A stretch of DNA of 64,000 nt from contig CAWBAN010000001.1 in the NCBI GenBank assembly GCA_963786935.1, positions 480,001 to 544,000 of the forward strand. The letters run 5' to 3'. A program made the position numbers and the translations under genes. This DNA is from an uncultured bacterium. GTDB taxonomy: Bacteria; Krumholzibacteriota; Krumholzibacteriia; Krumholzibacteriales; Krumholzibacteriaceae. The notes beneath the pieces were generated by a model. The model did no database searches and was not told the origin of the DNA. It saw only the letters and a list, made by a program, of their open reading frames with translations. This document shows, piece by piece, positions 29,248 through 38,865 of this stretch (position 1 is its first letter; each line of letters starts with the position of its first letter).

Positions 29248-31323
29248 ATGGATCTCTCGATCGTCATCGTCACGTACAACAGCCGCGCGCCCGTCGAGCG
29301 GTGCATCGCCTCGATCGAGGCGCACGAGCCGCGGTGCTCGTACGAGACGATCGTCGTCGACAACGCCTCGAGCGACGGATCGGCGGACGCCGTCTCGCGG
29401 CGGTTCCCGCGCGTCCGCGTCGTCGCGAACAGCGAGAACCTCGGGTATTCGCGGGGGGTCAATCAGGGGATACGGCTCTCGAGCGGCCGCGCGATTCTCA
29501 TCCTCAATCCGGACATCGTGGTGCGGGACGGTTCGATCGACCGGCTCATGGAGTTCATGGATTCCCACCCCGACGCCGGCATCGCCGGATCGCGGCTCGA
29601 GTACCCGGACGGCCGACTCCAGTATTCCTGCCGCTCGTTCTATACGGTGCGCGCGCTCATCCTGCGGCGGACCGTGCTCGGGAAGCTCTTCCCGAACGCG
29701 AAACCGCTCCGCGAGCATCTGCTCCTCGATTACGACCACGAGACGCCCCGGACGGTCGACTGGATCATCGGCGCGTGCATGCTCGTGCGGCGCGAGGCGC
29801 TCGAAACGGTAGGCTCGATGGACGAGCGCTTCTTCCTCTATTTCGAGGACATCGACTGGTGCAACCGGATGAAACGCCACGGATGGTCGGTGTGCTACGT
29901 CCCCGCGTCGGTGATGACGCATACGTACGAGCGGTCGAGCGCGAAATCGGTCCTCCGGAAGCCGTTTCTCATCCACGTGCTGAGCCTCATGCGATACTAC
30001 GAGAAATGGAACAAGTTGTTCTACGCCGTGCGCCGCAACCGGGGCGCCATCAAGGCGTCGGTCCTCGCCGTGTCGGACCTCGCCGCCCTGAACCTGAGCT
30101 TCGTCGCCGCCTACCATGTGCGGAACCTCGTGCAGCCGCTGTTCGTGAACCAACTCTATCCGATCGGCTGGTACGGGTCGTTCGTTCTGTTCGCCAATCT
30201 CGTGTTCTTCTTCGCCTTCGTCGCGGCGGGGCTCTACCGGGTGCGCCGGGAAACCCCCGTGGCCGAGGAGTTCATCCGCGTCGTGCGCGCCGTGTTCATC
30301 GGGCTCGTCGTCCTCATGGCGGCGACGTATATCAGCAGGGTCCGCATCTATTCGCGGGCCGTCGTGCTCGGCCAGGCGGGCATCGCCGTGTTCGCCGTTT
30401 CACTCTTCAGGCTCGCCATCCGCGCGATGCACCGGGAGCTCGTCAAGGCGCGGTTCGACCTCAAGCGCGTTCTCATCGTCGGAACGCGGGACGAGGCGAT
30501 CGAGCTCGCCGATCGCTTCGCCGGAGCGAGCGAGCTCGGGATCGACGTGGTCGGTCACGTCGGCGCCGGGGTCGGCGCCCTCGGCGCGCCGGAGGAGCTG
30601 CCCGAGCTCATCGAGCGTTTCAAGATACAGGAAGTGCTCATCTGCCCGTCGCATCAGAACGACGGCGCGCTGCTGCCGTTTCTCGCCCATTCGCGCCGGC
30701 GCGTCATCCAGATCAGGATGATTTCGCCGCTCGCCCGGTTCCTCGGACAGGGGGCGCGGGTCGAAGACATCGCGGGGCTCGCCGCGTTTTCGCTCGACCG
30801 GCGGATTCTCTTCGTGTTCGAGCGCGGCTGCAAGCGGCTTATCGATTGCGTTGCGGGCGTCGTCGCGCTTCCGTTCGTCGAATGCGCGTACCTCGCGTGT
30901 CGTTTGTATGGTAGAATGACGGGCGGTGTGACGTTTTTCGCGGAGGAGCGCGCGGGAAAGGGAGGGCGCGCCGTCGCGTGGCCGCGCGCGGTCCGCGCGT
31001 CGGGGCGGGAGGCGGGGGATTTCGTGAAACCGGCCTTGTGTCTCGCGCTCATCGGCGGCGGGCTCAGCCTCGTCGGGCCCCCGTCCCTCGCCGGAGGGCG
31101 GGCGAACGAATTCGCGAGCGTGATCGGGCGGGCGAGGCCGGGCATCACGGGGAGATGGCGGCTGTCCCGCCATGGATCGATGCGCGAGGCGCTCGAGGAA
31201 GAGGCGCTCGGGCTCGAATCGTGGTCGCTCGAGCGGGATTTCATGATATTCATGGAATCGATCGGATCGATGTGCTCGGGGACGTACCCGAGGTGGTTCT
31301 TCAGCAAGGGAGATGCGCCGTGA
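29248..31323 (+). CDS. GT2 glycosyltransferase fused to a WcaJ-like TM/Rossmann region and a degenerate sugar-transferase (PGT) domain
   Basis: VDNASSD, LNPD, YFEDIDW; four TMs; KRVLIVG; KRLID...SLVGP...PGITG...WSLERD. Confidence 0.8.
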   Translation: MDLSIVIVTYNSRAPVERCIASIEAHEPRCSYETIVVDNASSDGSADAVSRRFPRVRVVANSENLGYSRGVNQGIRLSSGRAILILNPDIVVRDGSIDRLMEFMDSHPDAGIAGSRLEYPDGRLQYSCRSFYTVRALILRRTVLGKLFPNAKPLREHLLLDYDHETPRTVDWIIGACMLVRREALETVGSMDERFFLYFEDIDWCNRMKRHGWSVCYVPASVMTHTYERSSAKSVLRKPFLIHVLSLMRYYEKWNKLFYAVRRNRGAIKASVLAVSDLAALNLSFVAAYHVRNLVQPLFVNQLYPIGWYGSFVLFANLVFFFAFVAAGLYRVRRETPVAEEFIRVVRAVFIGLVVLMAATYISRVRIYSRAVVLGQAGIAVFAVSLFRLAIRAMHRELVKARFDLKRVLIVGTRDEAIELADRFAGASELGIDVVGHVGAGVGALGAPEELPELIERFKIQEVLICPSHQNDGALLPFLAHSRRRVIQIRMISPLARFLGQGARVEDIAGLAAFSLDRRILFVFERGCKRLIDCVAGVVALPFVECAYLACRLYGRMTGGVTFFAEERAGKGGRAVAWPRAVRASGREAGDFVKPALCLALIGGGLSLVGPPSLAGGRANEFASVIGRARPGITGRWRLSRHGSMREALEEEALGLESWSLERDFMIFMESIGSMCSGTYPRWFFSKGDAP

Positions 31324-33623
31324 GACGGATATTCATCGTGATGATCGCCTGCGCGATGCTCACGCCGGGGCGCGTGTCCGCGGCGAGCGGCGACTGGGAG
31401 ATTTTCGTGAACGCGAGCGCGATCAACCGGATCGGCTGCGTCGGCGATTCGATCTGGTGCTCGACGAGGGGCGGTATCCTCATCTTCGACCTCGGCGATT
31501 CGTCGTTCGCGCAGCACCTCGACGGCCTGGATTTCCGGTCGACCGACGTCTCCGGCGTCGCGCGGGACGCCCGCGGGAGCGTGTGGGCGAGCTTCACGTC
31601 GACCGGCGTGGCGCGGATCGACCGCTTCGGGAGCGATCAGCCGTCCGTGAAGCTGTACAGCGCCGTGATCGACGGACTCCTGAGCGACAGCGTCACGTGC
31701 ATCGCCGCGGCGGGCAGCGACGTGTACTACGGCTCGACCGCCGGAATCGCGAAATTCTACGATAACCTCCATTCGTTCGAGCCGGTGCTCTCCGACAGCC
31801 TCGAGGGGGTGCTCGTGCGCGATCTCCTCGTGCGGGGCGATACGCTGTGGGTCGCCTGCGAGCGGGGAGTCGCCCGCTTTCTCCGGAGCACGTTCGCCTA
31901 TACCATGTACCGCATCGGGAACGTCACGTCCCTGTGCGCGCACGGCGGCGCGATCCACGCCGCGGGGGCCGGGGGCGTGCGGCGCTTCGACGGAACCGGA
32001 TGGGTGTCGCTCGGCATGCCCGGCGGCTTCGTTCCCGTCGCGGTCGCCTCGGGGGCGGGGACGCTGTTCTGCGTCACCGACGAGCGGGCGTACCGGCGGG
32101 ACGGCTCGTCATGGACGGATATCACGGCGAACATGAAGGGCCTGTTCTTCCAGAAATACACGATCGGGTCGGGATACCGGATCATCAAGAGCGTCGCCGT
32201 GGATTCCCGCGGGATCCCCTGGGTCGCCGGTTTCGAAGCGCAGATCAACCGCGGCGCGTACCTCTCCGCGTACGTTTCGAACCAGTGGATCAACAAGGCT
32301 CCCGACGGGCTTTCGCAAAACGGCATCGTCGCGCTCAGCGTCGTGCCCGGTGACGGCGTCTGGGCGAGCACGCGGTACTACGGGATCAGCTATCGTGCGA
32401 ACGACGGCCGGTGGACGACGTATTCGAAGATGCGGACGCCGACGGACGAGGCGGGGCTCACGTATTACCTCAACAACATCGCGATGCTCCGCGATTCGCA
32501 GGGATATCTCTGGGCGTGCGCGTTCCAGGATCTCGACCGCGTGAAGCTCAACGATCCGCTCCTCAAAACGGACGACGAGTGGGAGCACTACGCGCTGAAC
32601 GAGGGGACGATCACGACGAACCGCTTCATCCGCGCGAAGGAAGACCCGGCGGGGAACCGGTGGTTCCTCTCCGACGACGTTCTCGCCGGGCAGGGCCAGC
32701 TCGGGATCAACATCCTCAAGGCGGACGGCACCGCGTGGCTCAGCGTCACGCCGGCGACGGCGCCGGGGATGGCGGGGGGGAGCGTCTTCGACGTTTCCTT
32801 CGGCGCCGGCGGCGTCGTCTATCTCGCCCTCCGGGGCTACGGGGTTCAGGCGTGGTACACGGGCGGTCTCGACTGGGCGCATCTGAGCGATATCGCGAAC
32901 GACGGATGGAGCACGCTCATCGGGCCGGACGATCTCGCCAGCACGGATCTCTTCGCCGTCGAGAACGGGACCGACGGCGCCGTTTGGGCCGGCACGGCGA
33001 GCGGTCTCGTGCGTTGGAAAGCGGGCGCCGTCGATTCGTTCAAGATCAAGACGACGCCCGGGGAGGAGGGGCTCATCGGCGCCTTGGTGTTCGATCTCGA
33101 GCTCGACGGGGCGGGGAACCTCTGGGTCGGCACCGAGCAGGGGCTCAACAAGATCGCTCCGGACGGCACGATCGAGGCGTTCACCTCGGCGGAGGCGTGG
33201 AAGGGGGATCTCTATCCGAGCTCGATCATCACGCCGCTCCCGTCTTCCGTGTGCGGGAAGCTCGCCTGCGACAGAGCCGCCAACATGCTCTGGATCGGCA
33301 CCTCGAACGGTCTCGCCCGATTCGACGTGACGCCGGCCGTCGAAGTGGCGGCGCCGCTGTCGTCGATGATCCTCTACCCGAACCCCGTTCACATCTCGCG
33401 CGGCGACGCCGAGGTCAAGATATCGAAAATCTCGAATCCCGTTTCGATCCGCGTCTACACGATCGAGGGGGAGCTCGTGCACAGCGTCGACCGCGTCGTC
33501 GACGGCGGGCGGGCGTGGGATCTCCTCACGCTCAACGGATTCAAGGCGCGGTCCGGAATCTATATCGTGAAGGTGAGCGACGGTAGCTCGACCGAAAGCC
33601 GGAAGATCGCGATCATACGATGA
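31320..33623 (+). CDS. secreted beta-propeller protein with T9SS-type C-terminal domain (PorZ-like)
   Basis: Signal peptide; repeated D..GN.W.GT..GL blades; CTD ILYPNPV..IRVYTIEGELV..WDL..SGIYIVKV..RKIAIIR. Confidence 0.8.
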   Translation: MRRIFIVMIACAMLTPGRVSAASGDWEIFVNASAINRIGCVGDSIWCSTRGGILIFDLGDSSFAQHLDGLDFRSTDVSGVARDARGSVWASFTSTGVARIDRFGSDQPSVKLYSAVIDGLLSDSVTCIAAAGSDVYYGSTAGIAKFYDNLHSFEPVLSDSLEGVLVRDLLVRGDTLWVACERGVARFLRSTFAYTMYRIGNVTSLCAHGGAIHAAGAGGVRRFDGTGWVSLGMPGGFVPVAVASGAGTLFCVTDERAYRRDGSSWTDITANMKGLFFQKYTIGSGYRIIKSVAVDSRGIPWVAGFEAQINRGAYLSAYVSNQWINKAPDGLSQNGIVALSVVPGDGVWASTRYYGISYRANDGRWTTYSKMRTPTDEAGLTYYLNNIAMLRDSQGYLWACAFQDLDRVKLNDPLLKTDDEWEHYALNEGTITTNRFIRAKEDPAGNRWFLSDDVLAGQGQLGINILKADGTAWLSVTPATAPGMAGGSVFDVSFGAGGVVYLALRGYGVQAWYTGGLDWAHLSDIANDGWSTLIGPDDLASTDLFAVENGTDGAVWAGTASGLVRWKAGAVDSFKIKTTPGEEGLIGALVFDLELDGAGNLWVGTEQGLNKIAPDGTIEAFTSAEAWKGDLYPSSIITPLPSSVCGKLACDRAANMLWIGTSNGLARFDVTPAVEVAAPLSSMILYPNPVHISRGDAEVKISKISNPVSIRVYTIEGELVHSVDRVVDGGRAWDLLTLNGFKARSGIYIVKVSDGSSTESRKIAIIR

Positions 33624-35087
33624 CCACGAGAGCACGCAGGAAAATCCTCATCGTCGGAGCCGGCGAGGCCGCGCGCATGGTGGCCTCGGAGATCGCCGCG
33701 CATCGCGAGATCGGCGCCGACGTGATCGGATTTCTCGACGACAATCCCCGTCTCTCCGGCCGGAAGATCCTCGGACGCCCCGTGCTCGGGAGGACGGTGG
33801 AGCTCGAGCGCATCGTGTCGCGCCGCGCCGTGGACGAGGTCATCATCGCGATCCCGAGCGCCACGGGCTACTTCGTGCGATGCATGATCAAGCACTGCCG
33901 GAAGGCGGGGCTCCCGTTCAAGATCGTCCCCGGCGTCATGGAGATCCTCAAGGGGGACGTCCACATCGAGCAGATCAGGGACGTCAGGGTCGAGGATCTC
34001 ATGGGACGGGAATCGGTCGATCTCGATCTCGAATCGGCGCGGAAGGCGCTCGCCGGCAAGGCGGTGCTCGTCACGGGCGCGGGAGGCTCCATCGGGAGCG
34101 AGCTGTGCCGGCACATCGCGCGCGCGGCCCCGCGGCTCCTCATCCTGCTCGGGAGGGGGGGAGAACCGGATCTTCGACATCGAGGACGAGCTCCGGTCCT
34201 CCTATCCGCACATCGAGATTTCGTCCTTTATCAGCGATCTTCGAGACGCCGACCGGACGATGCGCATCGTCCACGAGAGCGGGGCCGAGATCGTCTACCA
34301 CGCGGCCGCGCACAAGCACGTCCATTACATGGAGCGGGATCCCGCCGAGGCGGTCGTCAACAACGTCGCGGGGAGCGTCAACCTCGTGCGCGCTGCCGAA
34401 GCGTGCGGCGTTTCCCGATTCGTGTTCATCTCGACGGACAAGGCAGCGAGCCCCCGGGGCGTCATGGGCGCGACGAAGCGTCTCATCGAGCTGTATCTGC
34501 GCTCCCGGTGCGCGGCCGGCGCTTCCTGCCGCTTCATCACGGTACGATTCGGCAACGTCATCGGGAGCACGGGGAGCGTCGTGCCGCTGTTTCTCAGGCA
34601 GATCCGGCGCGGCGGGCCCGTGACGGTGAGCGATCCGCGCGCGACCCGGTACTTCATGACCGTGCGGGAAGCTGCCCTCCTCGTCATCAGGGCGTCGGTC
34701 CTCGGAAGAGGAGGGGAGACGTACATCCTCGACATGGGAGAGCCGCTCAATATCCTCGAAGTGGCGGAGGATCTCATCATCCTCGCCGGATACGAGCCGG
34801 AGACGGAGATCCCGATCGTCGTCACCGGACTGCGCGAAGGCGAGAAGCTCCACGAGCGGCTCGTCGCACGGGACGAGAAGCTCGAGCCGCTCGGCGAGGA
34901 GAAGATCCTCCTCGCCCGTCCGGCCGATCCGGTCCCCGACGGAATCGAGAAAGGGGTCGAACAGCTCATCGCGGTGGCGAGAAAAGGAAGGCAGGAGAAG
35001 GTGCTCCAGTGTCTCGCCGCGCTCGTCCCCGGATTCGGCGAGCCGGACGATGACCCGGACGGCCCGGACGCGGTACCTGCGCAATGA
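33620..35087 (+). CDS. CapD/PglF-like UDP-GlcNAc 4,6-dehydratase; +1 frameshift at G7 34155-34161
   Basis: ILIVGAG, LVTGAGGSIGSE, HAAAHKHV, ISTDKA, RFGNVIGS.GSV, GEKLHE across two frames. Confidence 0.88.
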
Positions 35088-35094
35088 GGAGCCG

Positions 35095-36053
35095 GTGAAG
35101 GCGGATATCGAACATCGTCCCGATCGCGAGGAGCTCGACCGGTTCGTCGGCTCCATCCCCGGCGCGAACTTCTTCCATACGGCCGCGTGGCTCGACTCGC
35201 TCGAGGCGGCGTACGGCCGTTTCACGGCTCTGTGGCTCACCGCCCGCGAGGGGGAGCGCTCGCCGGCGTCATGCCGGCGGTGCGCATCGAGCGCGGACCG
35301 TTCTGGTCTCTCTGGTCGCTCCCGTTCGGGACGTACGGCGGACCGCTCGCGACGGACGCGCGCGCGCGCGAGGCGCTCCTCGACCGGTTTTTCCGCCTCG
35401 CCGGCTCGCCGCGGTGCCTCGAGGCGGGAGCCGTTCTCTTCGGGGCCGAGCCGCCGGCGAGCCTTCCGCGGGGCCGCGCGATCGCCATGGAGGAATGCAG
35501 CCTTGTGTCGCTCGTGCACGGATTCGACGAGGTATGGAACAGGGGCTGGAGCGGCAAGCGCCGCCAGCTCGCGCGACGGGCGCTCGAAGCGGGCATCGCC
35601 GCGCGGAGCCTCGAAACGGAGGCGGAGGTGCGGATGTTCCACGCGATCTACGCGCGCGAGTCGCGCGCGTGGGGCGGTGTCCATCCGTATCCCGAGCGGC
35701 TCTTTCTCGAGCTCTTCGCCCGGCGCGGCGAGGGGGTCGTGTTCTGGGGCGCGTTCCTCGGCGAGGATCTCCTCGGCGGGCATATCGATTTCTATCGCGG
35801 CGAGATGGCGCAGGCGTGGCAGGGGGGGATGACGGAGCGGGCCCGCGGGTTCGAAACGGGGACGATTCTCATCAAGAGCGCCATGGAAGAAGCCTGCCGG
35901 CGGGGCTGCCGCGTTTTCAACCTCGGGGCGAGCGGCGGGAACCGGGGCATTCTCTTTTTCAAGGAATCGCTCGGCGGACGCGAGCACCGCTACGCGATCG
36001 TCACGACGCGGAAGCGGTGGTGGGCGCTCGCGCGGGGAAGGAGCCCGACGTGA
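35095..36053 (+). CDS. FemAB-like GNAT acyltransferase; frameshift near G5 35250-35254
   Basis: FFHTAAWL, SLPFGTYGG, FNLGAS, FFKESLG. Confidence 0.78.
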
Positions 36054-37570
36054 CCCGCTCGAAGATCGCCGAGAACACGATCTTTCTCACGGCGAGCGGC
36101 GCGGCGAGCGTCGTGTTCACGCTCGTTCAGCTCTCGATCCTGAGCCGCTTCCTCAGCGGAGACGACTTTGGGCTCTTCGTGACGCTCAGGGGATTCTCCC
36201 TCCTCCTCGGCGCCGCGATCCTTCTCGGTTTCCCGCAGGTCCTCGTGCGGTTCTTTCCCACGTACGAGGCGCGGGGCGAGCCTCGGCGCGCGATCGTCCT
36301 CTTCTTCCTCTCGAGCGCCGTCGTCGTCGCACTCGGCGCGGCGCTCTATTACACGGCGGGATTATGGGAGCGGCTCATGCCGCCCGGTCTCCACGGCCTC
36401 ATCGCGTCGCGGTCGCTGCTGGCGTGGCTCGCGCTCTCCTCGGTGACGCTCGCCCTGAAGATGCTCCTCTACGGCGGATTCAGCGGATTCCGCGAGATGC
36501 GGCTCCAGATGCTCCTCGAGGTCGCGTATCTCGCGGTCTTCACCGCGTACATGGTCGTCGCGCGGGAGCGTCTGACCGTCGAGCTCCTCTTCGCGGCGAT
36601 GTTCGCGCTCAACCTCGGCGTGTTCGCGGCGGGGATTCCCCTGCTCGTGAGGCGCTCGCGCTCGCGCGCCCGGCCGGCCGTCGCGGCGGCCGAGGGGGTT
36701 GTCGTGCCCACCTTCCTCTCGTACTGGGCCGGCTCCATCTGTCTCAGCGTCGTCGCGCTCGCGTTCACCGACGTCGACCGGTTCGTCATGTCCTCGGTGC
36801 TTCCGATGACGGCGATCTCGCTCTTTCACGTCGCCTCGCGCGTCGACGTTCTCCTGAAGCGGTTCCTCGGTCTCCCGATCCTCGCCGCGCAGCCGGAGAT
36901 CACGCGGGTGTACGAGGAGGGGCGGTGGGGGGACATCGCGGGACGGATCGGGCTCTTCACGAAAGGGCTCGTCGCCGGAGCGCTCCTCTGCACGGCGCTC
37001 TTCGCCGTGATCGGCCGCGACGTGATCGTGCTGCTCTCGGGCGCCTCGTACGCCGCCTCGTACCGCATCCTGCTGATCCTGCTCCCGACCGTGCCGCTCG
37101 CCGCCGTGTCGGCGCCGCTCCTGGCGACCATGCGCTCGCTCCATTTCATGAAATGGGCGGTGCTCTGCGATTTCCTGTGGATGGCGGGATACTTCGGCAC
37201 GTTCTTCCTCTTCGTCTCGGCGATGGGCGTCGAAGGCATGGCCGTCGCCCAGGTGCTCGCGTCGATCGTCCAGATGACGGCGGCGATTCTGCTCGCGAGG
37301 CGCGGCGGCTTCTTCGGCGGCGTCGGCTCGCGGAACGGCCGGCTCCTCGCCGTGCTCGCCGCGGTCACGGCGGCGGGCATGCTCGTGACGGCGCGCGTCC
37401 ACCTGTACGCGTCGGTTGCGTTCGTCGCCGCCGCTCCCTTCGCCGCCCGCTTCATCATCGCGCGGCTCGGCGTGTTCGAGCGGGAGGAGAAGGAGCAAAT
37501 CATCGATCTCGTGAAAATCAGGACGGGAAGGAGGATCGCCGCGTGGATGCTCTCCGCGGCGGATCGCTGA
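36050..37570 (+). CDS. Wzx-like oligosaccharide flippase (MOP superfamily)
   Basis: KIAENTIFL, LSRFLSGDDFG, DRFV; about 14 hydrophobic segments. Confidence 0.82.
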   Translation: MTRSKIAENTIFLTASGAASVVFTLVQLSILSRFLSGDDFGLFVTLRGFSLLLGAAILLGFPQVLVRFFPTYEARGEPRRAIVLFFLSSAVVVALGAALYYTAGLWERLMPPGLHGLIASRSLLAWLALSSVTLALKMLLYGGFSGFREMRLQMLLEVAYLAVFTAYMVVARERLTVELLFAAMFALNLGVFAAGIPLLVRRSRSRARPAVAAAEGVVVPTFLSYWAGSICLSVVALAFTDVDRFVMSSVLPMTAISLFHVASRVDVLLKRFLGLPILAAQPEITRVYEEGRWGDIAGRIGLFTKGLVAGALLCTALFAVIGRDVIVLLSGASYAASYRILLILLPTVPLAAVSAPLLATMRSLHFMKWAVLCDFLWMAGYFGTFFLFVSAMGVEGMAVAQVLASIVQMTAAILLARRGGFFGGVGSRNGRLLAVLAAVTAAGMLVTARVHLYASVAFVAAAPFAARFIIARLGVFEREEKEQIIDLVKIRTGRRIAAWMLSAADR

Positions 37571-37572
37571 AC

Positions 37573-38865
37573 GTGCCGAGAATCCTCATGATCATCAATT
37601 TCTTTCCGCCCGCGGCGGGGGGCGGGGTGTACCGGCCCCTCTCCTTCGTGAAATACCTTTCCCGTTTCGGCTGGGACGTCACCGTCGTCACGCCGCGCCC
37701 CGGGGAGTTCTGGATCTCCGATCCGGAGCTCGAGCGGGAGATACCTCCCGGCGCGCGGGTCGTGCGGACCGGTTCCCTCTCGGGGCTTCGATTCCTGCGC
37801 TCGCTTCGCGGCGGCGCGGCGGCCGGATCCTCGCGCCGGTCCTCGAGCGGTTTCGCGGCGCTCAGGCGCCTCGGCGAATTCTTCCTCGTTCCCGACACCT
37901 ACGTGGGCTGGGCGCCCTTCGCCGCGCGGGAGGCGGAGCGGCTCTGCCGCGAGGAGCGATTCGACGTCGTCTATTCGACGAGCCCGCCCGACAGCTCGCA
38001 CCTCGCGGCGCGGCGCGCGGTCCGCGCGGCGGGAATCCCGTGGGTCGCCGACTGCAGGGATCCGTGGTTCAATCTCCGCCTGCGCCCGACGCCGACGCCG
38101 GTTCACCGGGCGCTCCACGAACGCCTCGAGCGCTCGGTTTCGCGCGCCGATCTCGTGCTCGTGACGACCGAGGCCCACGAACGCCTGCTCCGCGATCGGT
38201 ATCCGTGGTGCAGGATCGAGCGCATTCCGAACGGATTCGACGAGGATGATTTCGCGGGAGAATCCGGCGCGCGGCCGCCCGCGGCCCCCTTCACGATCAC
38301 GCACGGCGGGATGCTCACGCTCGGCCGCAGCACGCGGCCGTTCCTCGAGGGGCTCGCCGAATTCGCGCGGCGCGTTCCGGACGCGGCGGGCTCGGTCCGC
38401 GTCGTATTCATCGGACCGCGGGAGTCGGCGAACGAGGAGTGGGTGAAGCGATTCGGCCTCGAGGATTTCGTCTCGTTCGAGGACGCGATTCCGCACCGTT
38501 CGTGCGTCGCGCGCGAGACGAGGAGCCACGTGCTCCTCCTCATCAAGCACGACGACGAGCGATACCGGGGCCTCGTGCCGGGCAAGCTCTACGAGTACAT
38601 CGGGGCGAAGCGTCCCATTCTCGCGGTCGGGCCGGAGGGGGAGGCTTCCCGCCTCGTGCGGGAGCTCCGGCGCGGAGAGACGCCCCGCATCGACCGGCCG
38701 GACGAGATCGCCGCGGCGATCGAGACGATGTACCGGCGCTGGCGCGACGGCACGCTCGAGCGCGCGTATCCGGTCGAAGACGTCCCGCGCTTCTCGCGGA
38801 GGGTCGAGGCGGAGCGGCTCGGCGGGCTGCTCGAGCGGCTGATCGGAGAGCGGGGGGCGCGATGA
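37573..38865 (+). CDS. GT4-like glycosyltransferase
   Basis: FFPPAAGGGVYR, STSPP, ADCRDPW, IPNGFD, PGKLYEY. Confidence 0.88.
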   Translation: MPRILMIINFFPPAAGGGVYRPLSFVKYLSRFGWDVTVVTPRPGEFWISDPELEREIPPGARVVRTGSLSGLRFLRSLRGGAAAGSSRRSSSGFAALRRLGEFFLVPDTYVGWAPFAAREAERLCREERFDVVYSTSPPDSSHLAARRAVRAAGIPWVADCRDPWFNLRLRPTPTPVHRALHERLERSVSRADLVLVTTEAHERLLRDRYPWCRIERIPNGFDEDDFAGESGARPPAAPFTITHGGMLTLGRSTRPFLEGLAEFARRVPDAAGSVRVVFIGPRESANEEWVKRFGLEDFVSFEDAIPHRSCVARETRSHVLLLIKHDDERYRGLVPGKLYEYIGAKRPILAVGPEGEASRLVRELRRGETPRIDRPDEIAAAIETMYRRWRDGTLERAYPVEDVPRFSRRVEAERLGGLLERLIGERGAR

